A stretch of 64,000 nucleotides of DNA from an uncultured Nitrospiraceae bacterium (GCA_963730905.1 CAVSTN010000015.1:13877-77876), one strand, 5' to 3'; shown: positions 23,079 through 34,270, numbered from the stretch's first letter. Program-made: numbers and translations. The notes: generated from the letters alone by a model not told the origin.

Positions 23079-23848
23079 GCTTTTGCAATGGTGATAAACG
23101 CAGCCCAACTGTTCAGGCTGGGCTCGACATCGGACATCCATTCATAGGCCGAAAGATTATTCCAGGAGTTGTTTTTACAAAAATACTCAAACTCAGGAAT
23201 AAAAAAATAACGCATACAGTGGCGTTCTTTAATGTGATCAACCGTCGTCAATAATCTATTTTCTATAAAAATTGAGTAATTAACATCAACCAGATTTTCA
23301 TTCTCTCGCAACAGAGATTCTGCTATACGGGTAATTTTTATATCAGTGTTTTCAAGACGCTTGACCCGTGTCTCGGGCTTTTGAGTTAGGACAGCTGGGC
23401 CATACCAAAAATCGAATAGAAACAAACCATTACTCTCAAGGTGCATTGAGGCTGTCTCGAGCATATTCTCAACATCATCATTGTGAGGCTGATAACTCAT
23501 GACATGAAACAATGAAATAACGGTGTCAAAGATTTTATCCAATCGAAGGGTTCTTACATCGCCTTTAGAAAAAGAGAGGCGTGAGGCCACATCTGGCGGA
23601 AGGTGAGCCTTACGTTGCTCAGCTTTTTCGAGCATTTCCTGGCTCATATCAATGCCATGTACGTAGTACCCCATGCCTGCTAAACACTCAGCATGCGCTC
23701 CTGTACCACAACCCAATTCTAGAATGTATTTAGTTTTTGGATTTAACTTCTTAATATATGAAGCGACATATTCCGCTTCGGATAGATAGTCCTTATCCTT
23801 ATACAAAAGATCATAATAGGCCGCATAGGCATTAAAAACATTAGTCAC
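23075..23848 (-). CDS. Class I SAM-dependent methyltransferase (sugar-modifying type)
   Basis: YYDLLY.DKDY..E, ILELGCGTG, LFHVMSY, FDFWYGP. Confidence 0.9.
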   Translation of the reverse strand: MTNVFNAYAAYYDLLYKDKDYLSEAEYVASYIKKLNPKTKYILELGCGTGAHAECLAGMGYYVHGIDMSQEMLEKAEQRKAHLPPDVASRLSFSKGDVRTLRLDKIFDTVISLFHVMSYQPHNDDVENMLETASMHLESNGLFLFDFWYGPAVLTQKPETRVKRLENTDIKITRIAESLLRENENLVDVNYSIFIENRLLTTVDHIKERHCMRYFFIPEFEYFCKNNSWNNLSAYEWMSDVEPSLNSWAAFITIAKA

Positions 23849-24969
23849 GTTAGAATCTCTCGGATTGCAGTGCAGGTGCGATATATTTGTTCATCGGTCA
23901 ATGCCATACCGCTAGGGATGTAAAATCCCTGTTTGTAGAGACGATCAGCCACCGGATAAGATTCCCCTCTAAAAAGACCCATTTTGTTTAAAACCGGTTG
24001 TTGGTGCATCGGACAGAAAAAAGGGCGGGTTCCAACCTTCTTAGCGGCTAATTGCTTCATGGCCATTTCTGCATCGCAAGCTGAAGATTCTTCTAAAACT
24101 AGACCAAAAACCCAGTAAATATTATCTGCATAACTTGTAGAAGGGAGCGGAAGTTGTAACGTATCAATATCTCCAAGTTGCTCAGCATATTTTTTGCCCA
24201 TTTGACGTTTTATAGTAGTAAATTTGCTCAGCTGCTCCAATTGGGCGATACCGAGCGCAGCCTGTATGTTCGTCATGCGATAGTTCCATCCTAAACGTTC
24301 ATGAACAAAGCGTTTCTCCGGCTGAAAGCAAAGGTTCCGCAGGCTTCGACAATGTTCAGCCAAATCATCATCATTCGTGACAGTCATCCCACCTTCTCCC
24401 GTGGTGACATGTTTATTGGGATAAAAACTGAAAGTACTGATATCACCAAAGCTACCACATGATTTGCCTTTGTAAGTTTGGCCGTGCGCTTCAGCAGCAT
24501 CTTCAATGACTTTCAAGTTATATTGTTTGGCAAGTTCGAGAAGAGGATCAATATCTACGGGCAGGCCATAAATATGGACAATCATGATAGCCTTGGTATG
24601 CGATGATATTTTTGATTCAACTTGTCTGACATCCATATTCCATGTGTCAGGATCGCTATCAACCAAGATAGGCTTTGCTCCAGATCGAATTATTTGTCCT
24701 ATACATGAAATGATTGTAAAGGTTGGAACAATAACCTCGTCGCCAGGGCCTATTCCAAGAGCTTCAATGGCGATATCAAGGGCTGCCGTACCATTGGAAA
24801 CTGCGATGCCATGCATTCGGTTGACCTGTCTGGAAAACTTATTCTCGAATTCTTTCACAAAAGGTCCCTCAGATGAGATCCAACCAGAGCGTATACATTC
24901 TACGAGATACTTTTCTTCATTACCCTCAAGCAGAGGCTCGTTAACAGGGATAAATTGGTTATCAGGCAT
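23845..24969 (-). CDS. per: DegT/DnrJ/EryC1/StrS aminotransferase, GDP-perosamine synthase-like
   Basis: GWISSEG, EDAAEAHG, SFYPNKHVTTGEGG, GWNYRMTN; gmd in the same cluster. Confidence 0.85.
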   Translation of the reverse strand: MPDNQFIPVNEPLLEGNEEKYLVECIRSGWISSEGPFVKEFENKFSRQVNRMHGIAVSNGTAALDIAIEALGIGPGDEVIVPTFTIISCIGQIIRSGAKPILVDSDPDTWNMDVRQVESKISSHTKAIMIVHIYGLPVDIDPLLELAKQYNLKVIEDAAEAHGQTYKGKSCGSFGDISTFSFYPNKHVTTGEGGMTVTNDDDLAEHCRSLRNLCFQPEKRFVHERLGWNYRMTNIQAALGIAQLEQLSKFTTIKRQMGKKYAEQLGDIDTLQLPLPSTSYADNIYWVFGLVLEESSACDAEMAMKQLAAKKVGTRPFFCPMHQQPVLNKMGLFRGESYPVADRLYKQGFYIPSGMALTDEQIYRTCTAIREILT

Positions 24970-24971
24970 TG

Positions 24972-25403
24972 TTATTCTTTGATCTTCGTTTGAGTAGTCG
25001 GGATAGGGTCAAATCGTGTTTTGTCTGTTTCCCCTGCATATGGCCCCTGTTTTACTTCAATGATTTCGCTCGTTTCAAGCATTTCAAAACCATGTCCCCC
25101 GAAAGCGAGAAGGATAACATCACCTTGATATAAAATGCGGCTTTCCAGGTATTTTTGATCGTTATCATAAAAATCAGCCCGTACTTTTCCGGTTTTAATA
25201 AACAGAACCTCCTTGGTGTAATGTACTTGTCTGCTGACAGGATTATGGACGTGGGGGGGTATGACATACCCGGCTTGACGTTTCATATAACCCAACTGCT
25301 GTGAAAACTCGTCAGGCGTGAAAAATGCTATCCCTTCTTTGTTGAAGCTGGTTCTAAGAATGATGGCTAACTTCTCTTTGTCGTTATAGACTTCTTCAAT
25401 CAT
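24972..25403 (-). CDS. Cupin-fold protein associated with sugar-nucleotide genes
   Basis: PHVH, EVL, GGHGF, EVKQGPY. Confidence 0.75.
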   Translation of the reverse strand: MIEEVYNDKEKLAIILRTSFNKEGIAFFTPDEFSQQLGYMKRQAGYVIPPHVHNPVSRQVHYTKEVLFIKTGKVRADFYDNDQKYLESRILYQGDVILLAFGGHGFEMLETSEIIEVKQGPYAGETDKTRFDPIPTTQTKIKE

Positions 25404-26405
25404 GAGTTGCCTCCAAAGTAATGTGTTCTATGGACCCATTCGCGAACGGCAGGATCGCTATGGTAGGCATGTTGGTGGTAGCTATAACCTTCTTTATAGC
25501 CCTTGCGAATAAATCGCTCAAGTTGGATTAATCTTGAATCATAGGAGAGGAGATTTGTCACCCTGTTTTTGAGGGAATGTATCATCCTTGAGGCGAATGG
25601 TTTTACCGGTGTTTTTATGGCGTGATTACTACCACCTTGAGCTCGAAGCTGGGCATATGAATTCGATATTCCTTGGTTAAATGCCCGCTTTGCAAAATAG
25701 GCCATCGTCATTCTTTCCGGAGTAACGGCATGATAGACGGAGGCTCGGGAATCAAAAAGACATCGGTAGTTGTTATCGTGGATATACTGGGATATGTGTG
25801 TTTCACCGTCACCTCGGAATCTGATAAGTTCTTGAGGCATACCATCAGGATGAAAGCCACCTGCCTTCTCCACGATGTCTTTCCGAACCGAAAAGTTACA
25901 TCCCCAAACATATAGTGGGCTGATTTCATACTGCCCTTCAGACAGTTGAATGATGCTTAATGCGGAAATTCCCTTGCCATTAAAAATCCTGGATTTCTCC
26001 CATAATGTACTAAGCCATTCAGGTGGTGTTTCTAGGTAGCTAGGAAGAATGTTGCCGCCAACCAACCCGACCTCGGGATTGGAGAAACATTCCTGTATAG
26101 CTTCCAGCCAGCCCGGCAGGGCCTCAATATCATCATCAATATACACGAGAATATCGCCACAGGCTTCTTCGTAACCCTTATGCCGGCCAACATGTAATCC
26201 TGGCGTGTCTTCGTAAAAGTACCGGATTTTTTCAAATTTGCCTTGAAAGCTCTGGCAAACCTTAGCGGTGTTATCCCTAGAGCCGTTATCAACAACCAGA
26301 ACTTCGAATTGAGCGGATTAGAGATTGCTTTGTAGACTAATAGATTCAAGTGCTTTTTCAAGAAGTAAAGCACGGTTTACGAGTTGGAATGATAATGCTT
26401 AGCAT
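25400..26405 (-). CDS. Glycosyltransferase family 2; 5' end disrupted (+1 frameshift ~26378, in-frame TAA ~26318)
   Basis: Manual reading MLSIIIPTR(N)RA...FEVLVVDNGS.D...GL..GR..G...YIDDD joins ORF 25400..26146. Confidence 0.8.
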
Positions 26406-27001
26406 GATGTTGATTTAATTTGTGCCCACCACATATTAGGCAAATAATCAATATTTTCTACGATGGGAGTGACGTCTTCGGCTATAACTTGTTTAACCCC
26501 CTCTGCCCAACCCCAATCATGAAAAATGACAACAGATCCTGGCTTTAGCAGGTGTTTGTATGTTTCCCAGTCAGCTTTTACCCCCTCATATGAATGGTCA
26601 CCATCAATAAAAACTAAGTCGAGGGAGTCTGTTTCTGCCTCAACCTTGTCGACAACTTCAGTACTAAAACCACGTACGGGAAAAATAAAATCTTTTACGT
26701 CACTTATGTTATGTTGAAATTCTAGATATGTATCTTTAAATCCTTCTGTCATAGCGTCATTGTTCCAAGTATCAATACAAATGAGCCTGCCTTTAGATTG
26801 CTCGACCAACGGCTGAACCAAACAGGCCGAAGATGCTCCAACATAAGAGCCTATTTCTAGAAGGTTGATTTTATCTTTCGCCAGTTTATACAAAGTGATT
26901 CGCTCATCTAGAGTGAGATGAGAGTGTATGTTGAAAGCATCATTTAGTTGCTTGTATTTCTTGTGAAGAAAAAAGTTTCTAACAATAGATTTAATTCTCA
27001 T
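26399..27001 (-). CDS. Class I SAM-dependent methyltransferase (Methyltransf_24)
   Basis: LEIGSYVGAS, IDTW, FIDGDHSYEGV, FHD. Confidence 0.9.
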   Translation of the reverse strand: MRIKSIVRNFFLHKKYKQLNDAFNIHSHLTLDERITLYKLAKDKINLLEIGSYVGASSACLVQPLVEQSKGRLICIDTWNNDAMTEGFKDTYLEFQHNISDVKDFIFPVRGFSTEVVDKVEAETDSLDLVFIDGDHSYEGVKADWETYKHLLKPGSVVIFHDWGWAEGVKQVIAEDVTPIVENIDYLPNMWWAQIKSTSC

Positions 27002-27080
27002 GATGATTCCTTAGAATGAAGAGGCTCTTCTATAATTCATGAATTATGTAAGTATTGTTAATTGCTCTGTAAATCCTGTT

Positions 27081-28529
27081 TTATACAGATTTAGGCATCT
27101 CAAAAAAGCCCATTTCGTGAGGTGTTCTCTTTAGAATTTGCGAGAGGTTTTCTCTCTCTAATGCAATGAGAATAAATGCACCATAAGCTCCCGATACTAT
27201 TGCAAGCAATATATGTGTAAGTAGATCAAATGAAGTATTTGAGTAAAAGGCTTGAATAGATAATGGGCTACAGAGGAGACAAACGAAGAAGATATGCTTT
27301 AGGCATTGCATTATGTTTAGGTCGAAAATTTCCTTGGCCACGTAAAAATGAATAGACAGTGCGAAAAGACATAGTAGGAATCTGGTCCATATGAAAGAGG
27401 TAAAGCCATATTGGATACTTATAAAATAACCGACCAGATAAAAACTGAAAGCTAAAGTTACAATTTTAGTTTCTTGTGAAGGGGCGCCAATTGATCTATA
27501 AGCTTCTCCATTAACGCCAACAATCCATGAAAACCCATGCACTAGAGCTAATATGCCTATAACTAGGCTTACCCCTTCCCATTTTGGGCCGAAAACTACT
27601 AATGCAATGAAATCTCTGTTAGCAAGAATGACGAAAGCTATCGGTATGGAAATAGAAGCGATAATCTTGGTAACTCTAAATAGTATTCTTCGAATTTGTT
27701 CAGGGTTCGACTGTATATTAGAAAAATGACTGTATAGAACAGGTAACACAGGGGCAAACAGAAGGCCATAAATCATTACAACAAGTTGGTTGCCGGTACT
27801 ATAAACCCCTAAATCTTTTGAACCGAGGTAATAGCCAACAATTAGAGAATCAAACCAGGAATAGAACCAGAGAAGAGAGGCAGTGCCCGCAACCCATCCT
27901 CCGAAATGGAACAATTTCTTAGCTATTGCAGGATCCAAGGAGAGTGAGGGTTTCCATAGGCTTATTTTCCATAAGATACATACTTGAGCGAATTGGCCAA
28001 GTAATGTACCAGCCACAAGAGCCCAGTAACCCCATCCATAGAGCGCCAGTGGAATCGATACAGTTGCCGGCAGGGCAACCGTACTTAATCTAATATAAAA
28101 CAGGGTTTTAAAATGGAAACCTTTTTGTAAAACCGCAGTGTGTATGGAGGTGAGGGCCGTCAGTATAATCTGAAAAGACATTACTTGTAATACCAAAGAA
28201 ACATCACTGTTATGGAAGATAACTCTTGCAATTTGATCGGAAAAACTAGCCAGTAGAACTACTATAATTATGGCAAGCCCATTATTTATCCAAAATGCGG
28301 TATTTTGAGCTGTTTCACGATCTCCCTGATATTGAATGATGGCTTTACCCATGCCAGCTTCCCAGAAGATTTGGGAAAAACTGATAATCATGGTCGCAGC
28401 AGCGACTACCCCGAAATCTTCCGGTGTTAATAGCCGGGCAAGCACAAGAAAAGCTAAAGGTTGTATTAGCTTACTGGCAAGCTCTGAAAGAAAAGACCAT
28501 TTAAGGCAAGTATTGAGGTTCATTTCCAA
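27081..28529 (-). CDS. wzx: Wzx-type polysaccharide flippase
   Basis: LARLLTPEDFG, multiple TM helices, LGVYS, GPKW. Confidence 0.88.
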   Translation of the reverse strand: MEMNLNTCLKWSFLSELASKLIQPLAFLVLARLLTPEDFGVVAAATMIISFSQIFWEAGMGKAIIQYQGDRETAQNTAFWINNGLAIIIVVLLASFSDQIARVIFHNSDVSLVLQVMSFQIILTALTSIHTAVLQKGFHFKTLFYIRLSTVALPATVSIPLALYGWGYWALVAGTLLGQFAQVCILWKISLWKPSLSLDPAIAKKLFHFGGWVAGTASLLWFYSWFDSLIVGYYLGSKDLGVYSTGNQLVVMIYGLLFAPVLPVLYSHFSNIQSNPEQIRRILFRVTKIIASISIPIAFVILANRDFIALVVFGPKWEGVSLVIGILALVHGFSWIVGVNGEAYRSIGAPSQETKIVTLAFSFYLVGYFISIQYGFTSFIWTRFLLCLFALSIHFYVAKEIFDLNIMQCLKHIFFVCLLCSPLSIQAFYSNTSFDLLTHILLAIVSGAYGAFILIALERENLSQILKRTPHEMGFFEMPKSV

Positions 28530-28791
28530 TGCATGTTTTGTTTTTGGGTTTAGTAGCGTAAGGTTTCGGGGGCATGGAATAGCTTAGAGATCGACCCATG
28601 ACCAGAGATGACCTCGGCTTTTTGGACAACGGGATAACTGAAATTTCTCCAGTTCATAAATACCCCGATACTTGTATGCCTCCGCAAAGTAGACCACGCT
28701 CCATTTGCTCCAGTTCTGAAATTTGTGTCATCGTTTAAGCTGTAAATGAGATGCAGTGTTTCACAGGCGTTTTCATTTGAGTGCAATATAT

Positions 28792-28859
28792 GCCTAACAA
28801 ATAGCTGGAATTGGTTAGGAAAGCGCAAGCATTGAAATGCCATTCCAACTCAATTAGCT
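28792..28859 (-). other. Degenerate attC-like site immediately after the acyltransferase gene
   Basis: Minus strand AGCTAAT-TGA-GTTGGAATGG...CCAATTCCAGC-TATTT-GTTAGGC; 68-bp imperfect palindrome ending in GTTRRRY. Confidence 0.4.
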
Positions 28860-29806
28860 TTGGTAAGTACTATATGCCCTACGTCATATAGTTTCTGTAG
28901 ACTCCAAGAAATGAATGCCACTAGAAACATCCCTACAGTAATTAAATACAACGCTTGAAGTTGCCCGTCCTCAGGAAAGTATAATCTTTTTAAAACGACA
29001 AGAATTGGAATATGAAATAAATACATGGCAAAGCTACTGTAACTAAGCCATGAGATAATCTTGAGTTTTTTAAACTTATTTTCATTGGAATAGCTAATTG
29101 CAAAAATCAGATATGAGCAAGAAAGAATCATCAATATGATTTCGAGTTTATTGAATATCCATGAATTAATCCCAATGGATAAAAGAATTAACCATAAACC
29201 AAACAACAACAAAGCAGACCTTAAATTTACAAAATCATTTTTGAGGCCATGTCGTGAACAATATATTCCAATGCAAAAACATGGAAAATAGAATAGCATC
29301 CTTTGGTCTAAGGTTTTAGTAGCGCCGAATAATGTGAATGCTATCGTCAATATAGCAATAATGAGTAAAAAGTATGTTGCGGAATTTCCTGCAATTTTAA
29401 GAAGGAAAGGAGTTGCGAAATAGAACAACATAAGCATGGTTATAAACCATAGCGTTTGGGGTGCTGGACCATAAAACATTGATATTAAGATTAAGGATTT
29501 TATTGATGCCACACCATCGTTTATTCCCTTAAAATAAAACAGAATCACTGCCAAGGCGTACAACGGGTATATCCTAATTAACCTTGTCCTATAGAAATGG
29601 ATTAAACTGGTTGAATTCCTTGCAGAACATCCAACCAAAAAACCAGAAATGACCACAAAAAGCCCCAGCACAATTTGAGTAAATTCATGAGTAAAGGGAT
29701 TGTGAAACTCCGGAAAAGCATCGGTGTAATAAAACAGATGCCAAAAGCCGACAATATAAAGCATGCTGAAGGCTCTAAGATACTCGATACTAACTAAGTG
29801 CTTCAT
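28850..29806 (-). CDS. Acyltransferase 3 family (polysaccharide O-acyltransferase)
   Basis: IEYLRA, FVVISGFL, RLIRIYPLY, LWFI, SFAMYLFH. Confidence 0.88.
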   Translation of the reverse strand: MKHLVSIEYLRAFSMLYIVGFWHLFYYTDAFPEFHNPFTHEFTQIVLGLFVVISGFLVGCSARNSTSLIHFYRTRLIRIYPLYALAVILFYFKGINDGVASIKSLILISMFYGPAPQTLWFITMLMLFYFATPFLLKIAGNSATYFLLIIAILTIAFTLFGATKTLDQRMLFYFPCFCIGIYCSRHGLKNDFVNLRSALLLFGLWLILLSIGINSWIFNKLEIILMILSCSYLIFAISYSNENKFKKLKIISWLSYSSFAMYLFHIPILVVLKRLYFPEDGQLQALYLITVGMFLVAFISWSLQKLYDVGHIVLTKAN

Positions 29807-29832
29807 TTATCGATGACCATTATTTGGATAGC

Positions 29833-29922
29833 GGTTAACGATAAAAAACCTTCGTCAATGCACGTTGCCCGGATAGCACTAAACAGTTGCTCATTTCAGG
29901 GTGGTTTAATGCGTTGTTAGAT
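29833..29922 (-). other. attC-like site just upstream of the acyltransferase
   Basis: Minus strand ATCTAAC-AACGC-ATTAAACC...GGTTTTTT-ATC-GTTAACC; 90 bp; the stop codon of the upstream remnant lies in the RYYYAAC box. Confidence 0.4.
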
Positions 29923-30216
29923 CTCCTGGTAAGTCTGAAGCCATTGGGTTAAAACAACTCCGGAATGTTCATTATCAGATTCCCGCGCGCCTGTGCTCCC
30001 CGCAAATCAGTGTTTTTCATAGTGGATAGCCTTATCATATCTAAACGCCTTCCCAAGCCGATCGTTTCCATCCACAATGTATTCATTCTTTATTACGGCC
30101 CAGATAACCAATTGATCTCCGAACCCCAAACCGGCAGAGACTACTTTCGGATGTCTCTTCGATGACCCGATGCAAAATATTTGCATACGGCTTATGGTAT
30201 CGTTTGACGAACACAA
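29917..30216 (-). pseudogene. Decayed C-terminal fragment of a GT4-like glycosyltransferase
   Basis: Broken frames give ...KNEYIVD...MIRLSTMKNTDLR-GAQAR-ES...VVLTQWLQTYQEI*, resembling GT4 C-termini. Confidence 0.35.
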
Positions 30217-30323
30217 CTAATAGATTCAAATACTTCTTGTTTATGATACTTTTCCATCAAAGAGGTGCACACAAACTTATCAAACATTTGTATTTCCACT
30301 CAGGCCCGATTTTTAGCCATAAA

Positions 30324-32334
30324 TTAATATTTACCAATCTTATTAAACGGTATTTGGGTAAATCCTAATTCTAATGACTTAGATTTTGAATCAACTTGAA
30401 AATTGGGCCGCATAACAGTATTGAAGTTTGGCGTATCCTCTTTAAAGTTTTCCTTAAACTCAATTAATCCTTTCGCTTCCGGAAGAATCACCAATTTCCC
30501 TGAATTAAGGAATATATTGTGTTCAATTAGATTCCCAAGGGGTTGCCCAGGCTTCTCCTTCAAAATATTCACTAAACGAGGGTAACGAGTACTCCACGGC
30601 GGTGATGTATAGGGCATCTTTAAGAGGTCCTGTGACTGGGGCGATCCTACGATCGTACTTTCTACTCCCCGCCCATCAATATAGATATCAGTATCGGTAT
30701 TGGCAAAAATATTATTGGTGATCGTGTGGTCCCGGCCCCCTCCAAGCATGATCCCGCGATGTACCCGATCAAAAATATTTCCATGGATGAAAAATCCACT
30801 TTCCATATCATCAAGATAGATTGCCATGACGGCTCCTCCAACTTTGGGGCGAATATCATGAAAATAATTAAACTGGATGGTATTCCCTCGATCTGTCCAA
30901 CTCCTACCCATATAGATTGCACCAGAATCACTAGTTTCCTGGACGACATGATGGATATCATTATATTCAACAAGATGATCATTCCCATTAAGTTTGATGG
31001 CATTATGCGGCATATCGTAGAGTTCATTGTGACTTATCCTAACGCCGACTGAGTTATTGATGGCGATACCCATGCTTCCCGATTCAATCTCGCCAATCTT
31101 ATGAATCGTGTTATTCTCAAGGAGGTGTTGACACGGTGTCAGCGTCATCCTATCTCCAGCGTTATATATCCCAACTCCGCCACTTGCCGTCTGTGAAACA
31201 GTCGAATCTTTGAGGGTATGGGAGACTCCTCCTTTGATAGTAATAGCCCATCGGCCACTATTGCGAATCACCGTATTTGAAAATGTAACACTCTGTCCTC
31301 CCTCAATCTTAATGGAATCATTTCGTGATTGCTCAATCACCATATCCTGAAAGGTGATCCATGAGGCCTCGGTTGTTCGTATCAGATTTTTGGAAAAAGA
31401 TAATTCAATGAGCTGATCTGTTAAGGGGTGAGGAGGATAAAAATACAGAATCTTCGTCTGACGATCAAAATACCATTCACCAGGCGAGTCAATTTCCGAT
31501 AGGAGATTTAAGGCAAAATAGCGCTGCCCGTCCCGATGCCCGTATTTATGATAAGGGTATGGAGTTGGGTGTTTGATATCTGGATGATTCAGGGACAGCC
31601 TTGATTGTCTTCGTTACGGTATCAATCGATTCAACTTTTTCGAACGCATTCGCCCAATCCCAAAAAAAGAAGCCATTGAGATAGATATCGGTTTCACCGA
31701 CCCATCGCTCTGGCCGTGATCCTATATAGGTAAAATGGGCTTCAACGGTCCCTGTTCTTTTACCTGGCTTGTAATTGTGGTTGGGCCAACCGCGCTGATC
31801 AATAGTGGTATAACCCTCATTCGGCCACCGAGATAACGGCATTCGCTTGCTGTCATAAAATAACTCTAATAGGTTTGCATTGCCCGCCTGCGGCCATTGG
31901 CCCTGCAGATATACCGGGACCGGCTCTCCAAAATCTATGCCTTTCCAACTGCTGAGATCAGCTTGAACAATATATGGATGAGCAGAGACATCTAAACGTG
32001 AAAGGATCGCCTCATCAGTAACCGGAACAAATCCCGTCACTTTTCGCCCTCCGGAAAGCCTTACCAGTTCCCCGGGTTTGCTTCGATACACAATCGGAAA
32101 CTTCTCACTCCCAGAATCCTTCTCATCAAATTCAACAGGTGCATCCAAATAATAAGTTCCCTTTTCAAGCCAAACCGTTATAGATTCTTTGGGAGGCAAC
32201 CCCCTTTTATATTCCCTTACCGCTTGCCTAACCTCATTTAATGATTGCCCAGCATGCGTCACAAAAAATTCTGCTGCGTAGGCGCTAGGAGTGACAATAA
32301 ATACGAATAACCCCAGAACAACGAACAAACGCAT
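30324..32334 (-). CDS. Secreted right-handed parallel beta-helix protein (GH141/pectin-lyase-like fold); frameshift ~31560
   Basis: Signal peptide, GTYYL..P, LSGG, RWPN, GFFFWDW; bridging frame NLLSEIDSPGEWY; C-terminal DSGAIY, IYLDD, GGRDH. Confidence 0.85.
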
Positions 32335-32489
32335 ATTAGTAATCGATCCCATCTTACGAAAGTCCCACAAAAACTTCCCCTAAGATCCAAGCCTCCTTCG
32401 CTCTGATCGGAGGCATTTTCAGTTGCTCTTCTTTCGGCCACCTAGTCAAAAATTCGATGCCTTTTTATGTATTTTCCCTGTCTTGTTAA

Positions 32490-32658
32490 TGGCTACACCG
32501 GCTAAGAGTGCGTGATGTTTCCCAGGAATCGACTCACCATTAAGGGTTGATCCCTCCCACATTGGATTTGCCCAACCCTTTGAAACTCTTCTTGGGAGAA
32601 TTTTCCTCGTTCAACCACCAGAGTCGACTTCCCCTTCAACGCTCACCTATTGTAGCCA
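32490..32658 (+). other. Rod-like nested inverted-repeat element (candidate structured RNA or MITE)
   Basis: Nested pairs TGGCTACA/TGTAGCCA, GAGTG/CGCTC, GGAA-TCGACTC/GAGTCGA-c-TTCC, GGTTGA/TCAACC, CTCCCA/TGGGAG. Confidence 0.45.
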
Positions 32659-32710
32659 CTTTCAGATGTGTTCATGCCAGTTTACCGGCCAAAAAGAAGT
32701 TCTGAGCTGA

Positions 32711-33904
32711 TTAAGGCGTTTCCTTGATGGAACGATATAAAAGCTCCGCCACGACTTGAGACCCATGCTCATTGAGATGCCCTTCTCGTGGGAAGAACAT
32801 GGGGGTATTTTTTCCGGTTTCTTGAAGTGCGGGGGAAGCATCAATAAACGGAATTCCTAGTTCATCGCAAAATTTTCTCAGTAAATTTTGGGGCCTCTCT
32901 ATATCTGCTAGAAAGGCTTCATATCTTGGATCTTTGTCCCGTTTATTAGAAAGGATGGCCTTGTGAATTCCTGAGGCCTGAAAGGGTGAAGGTATAAACA
33001 ATACAAAAAACTTAGCTTGATATTCATTTCTGGTGAGCTTCGCTAGGTAAGTGAGTAGATCTCTTGTTACCGCCCAACGCTCTTCCCAACCAGGGTTATA
33101 CCACCCGGTAATAATACCGGGCACGCGCGGAAGGTCAGGAGCCAAACCAAATATTTCCAGATAGTCTAGTAATTCAGAATTGGCAGCGATTAGAATTTCT
33201 ATTCGCGAACGAACAAAATGAAAAAACATGGAACTCTCAAGAAAGTTCCTCTTTATTTTTCTGCTTTTAGGTTTCTCAGGAATGCTATGCTCTATTTCTC
33301 CCAGTTCATTGATAGTAAATGCGGGCTTTATGGTGGAGCGTTTAAGTGAATAGTCGAGTCCAAGGTTATCAAGAATATCATTTGTGAAAAATGCCAAAAT
33401 AAGTTTGTTGCCAACTTGGTATCCATGATCCACTAAATCTTCAATCAAAAGTATTTCTTGTCCCGTACCATATCCAGGTGTGGATACATTGATAAACTCA
33501 AAATTTTCTGCGCCAAGTTTTTGGAGTTGGTCGGTAAGATGCTCTCCGTCATTTAATGCCTCGCCAAACACAAAGGAATCACCCAGAATTGTGACGCGCT
33601 CTCTATTACCCGGTAAAGTTAACGAAAACTTATGGTTTCGAAGCCCATCCTCATTGACTGTGAAATCGACTTCACGAAATGCTCTGAAATTGAAATGACG
33701 GTAATTCCCAGGACGTAGCGCCCAACCACGACTTTCATGATATATCTTAAAATCGCCTGACAAACCAGATGCTTCTGTCTTGCTAGAAAGTCTGAAATAT
33801 GTTTCTCCAATTAAAAAAATAAAGATGATCCCCACAAAGGTTCCCAGACCGATTAGGCCAAGATCGACAAGCCTGCTGTTGGAATTTATAGCCATTACAT
33901 TCAC
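32711..33904 (-). CDS. SGNH/GDSL hydrolase-like membrane-anchored protein (AlgX/AlgJ-like)
   Basis: N-terminal TM helix, ILGDSFVFG, GYGT, ND, EGHLN..G. Confidence 0.85.
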   Translation of the reverse strand: MNVMAINSNSRLVDLGLIGLGTFVGIIFIFLIGETYFRLSSKTEASGLSGDFKIYHESRGWALRPGNYRHFNFRAFREVDFTVNEDGLRNHKFSLTLPGNRERVTILGDSFVFGEALNDGEHLTDQLQKLGAENFEFINVSTPGYGTGQEILLIEDLVDHGYQVGNKLILAFFTNDILDNLGLDYSLKRSTIKPAFTINELGEIEHSIPEKPKSRKIKRNFLESSMFFHFVRSRIEILIAANSELLDYLEIFGLAPDLPRVPGIITGWYNPGWEERWAVTRDLLTYLAKLTRNEYQAKFFVLFIPSPFQASGIHKAILSNKRDKDPRYEAFLADIERPQNLLRKFCDELGIPFIDASPALQETGKNTPMFFPREGHLNEHGSQVVAELLYRSIKETP

Positions 33905-34270
33905 ATGTAAATCTGAAATTTAAATTATCGGTTTCATTGCTTAGGGAAGCACACATGATACAAACCCATTTGTTATTTAATTTTTGTTTGGAATTCTCTA
34001 AAAAATGATTTCTCCCAAATGCCCAAATGATATCTCCATTTCATTTAATCGAAAATATAGGCATGGTGAACAGTCACAATCTTGTAGGGTAACTTATGGT
34101 TGCGTATGCCACAAATGGCTTTGAGTCCAAATTAGGACAAAGGCTAAGGTAAAAAGCACCAATATGAAGCCAGCGCTCGCACTTTAGATCTGAAACATGG
34201 CTGACGACAGACAGGTGTTTTGACAATTGTCGCATAGACTGTCTCAGCTCCACCCACCCTTTATTACGAG

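Noticed and set aside
28550-28843. 97-aa ORF between the acyltransferase and flippase
   Set aside because: Starts inside the attC-like palindrome and shows no recognisable family.
32490-32658. 6S RNA or c-di-GMP riboswitch identity for the rod-like element
   Set aside because: Size and shape fit 6S loosely but conserved sequence motifs of either family were not found.
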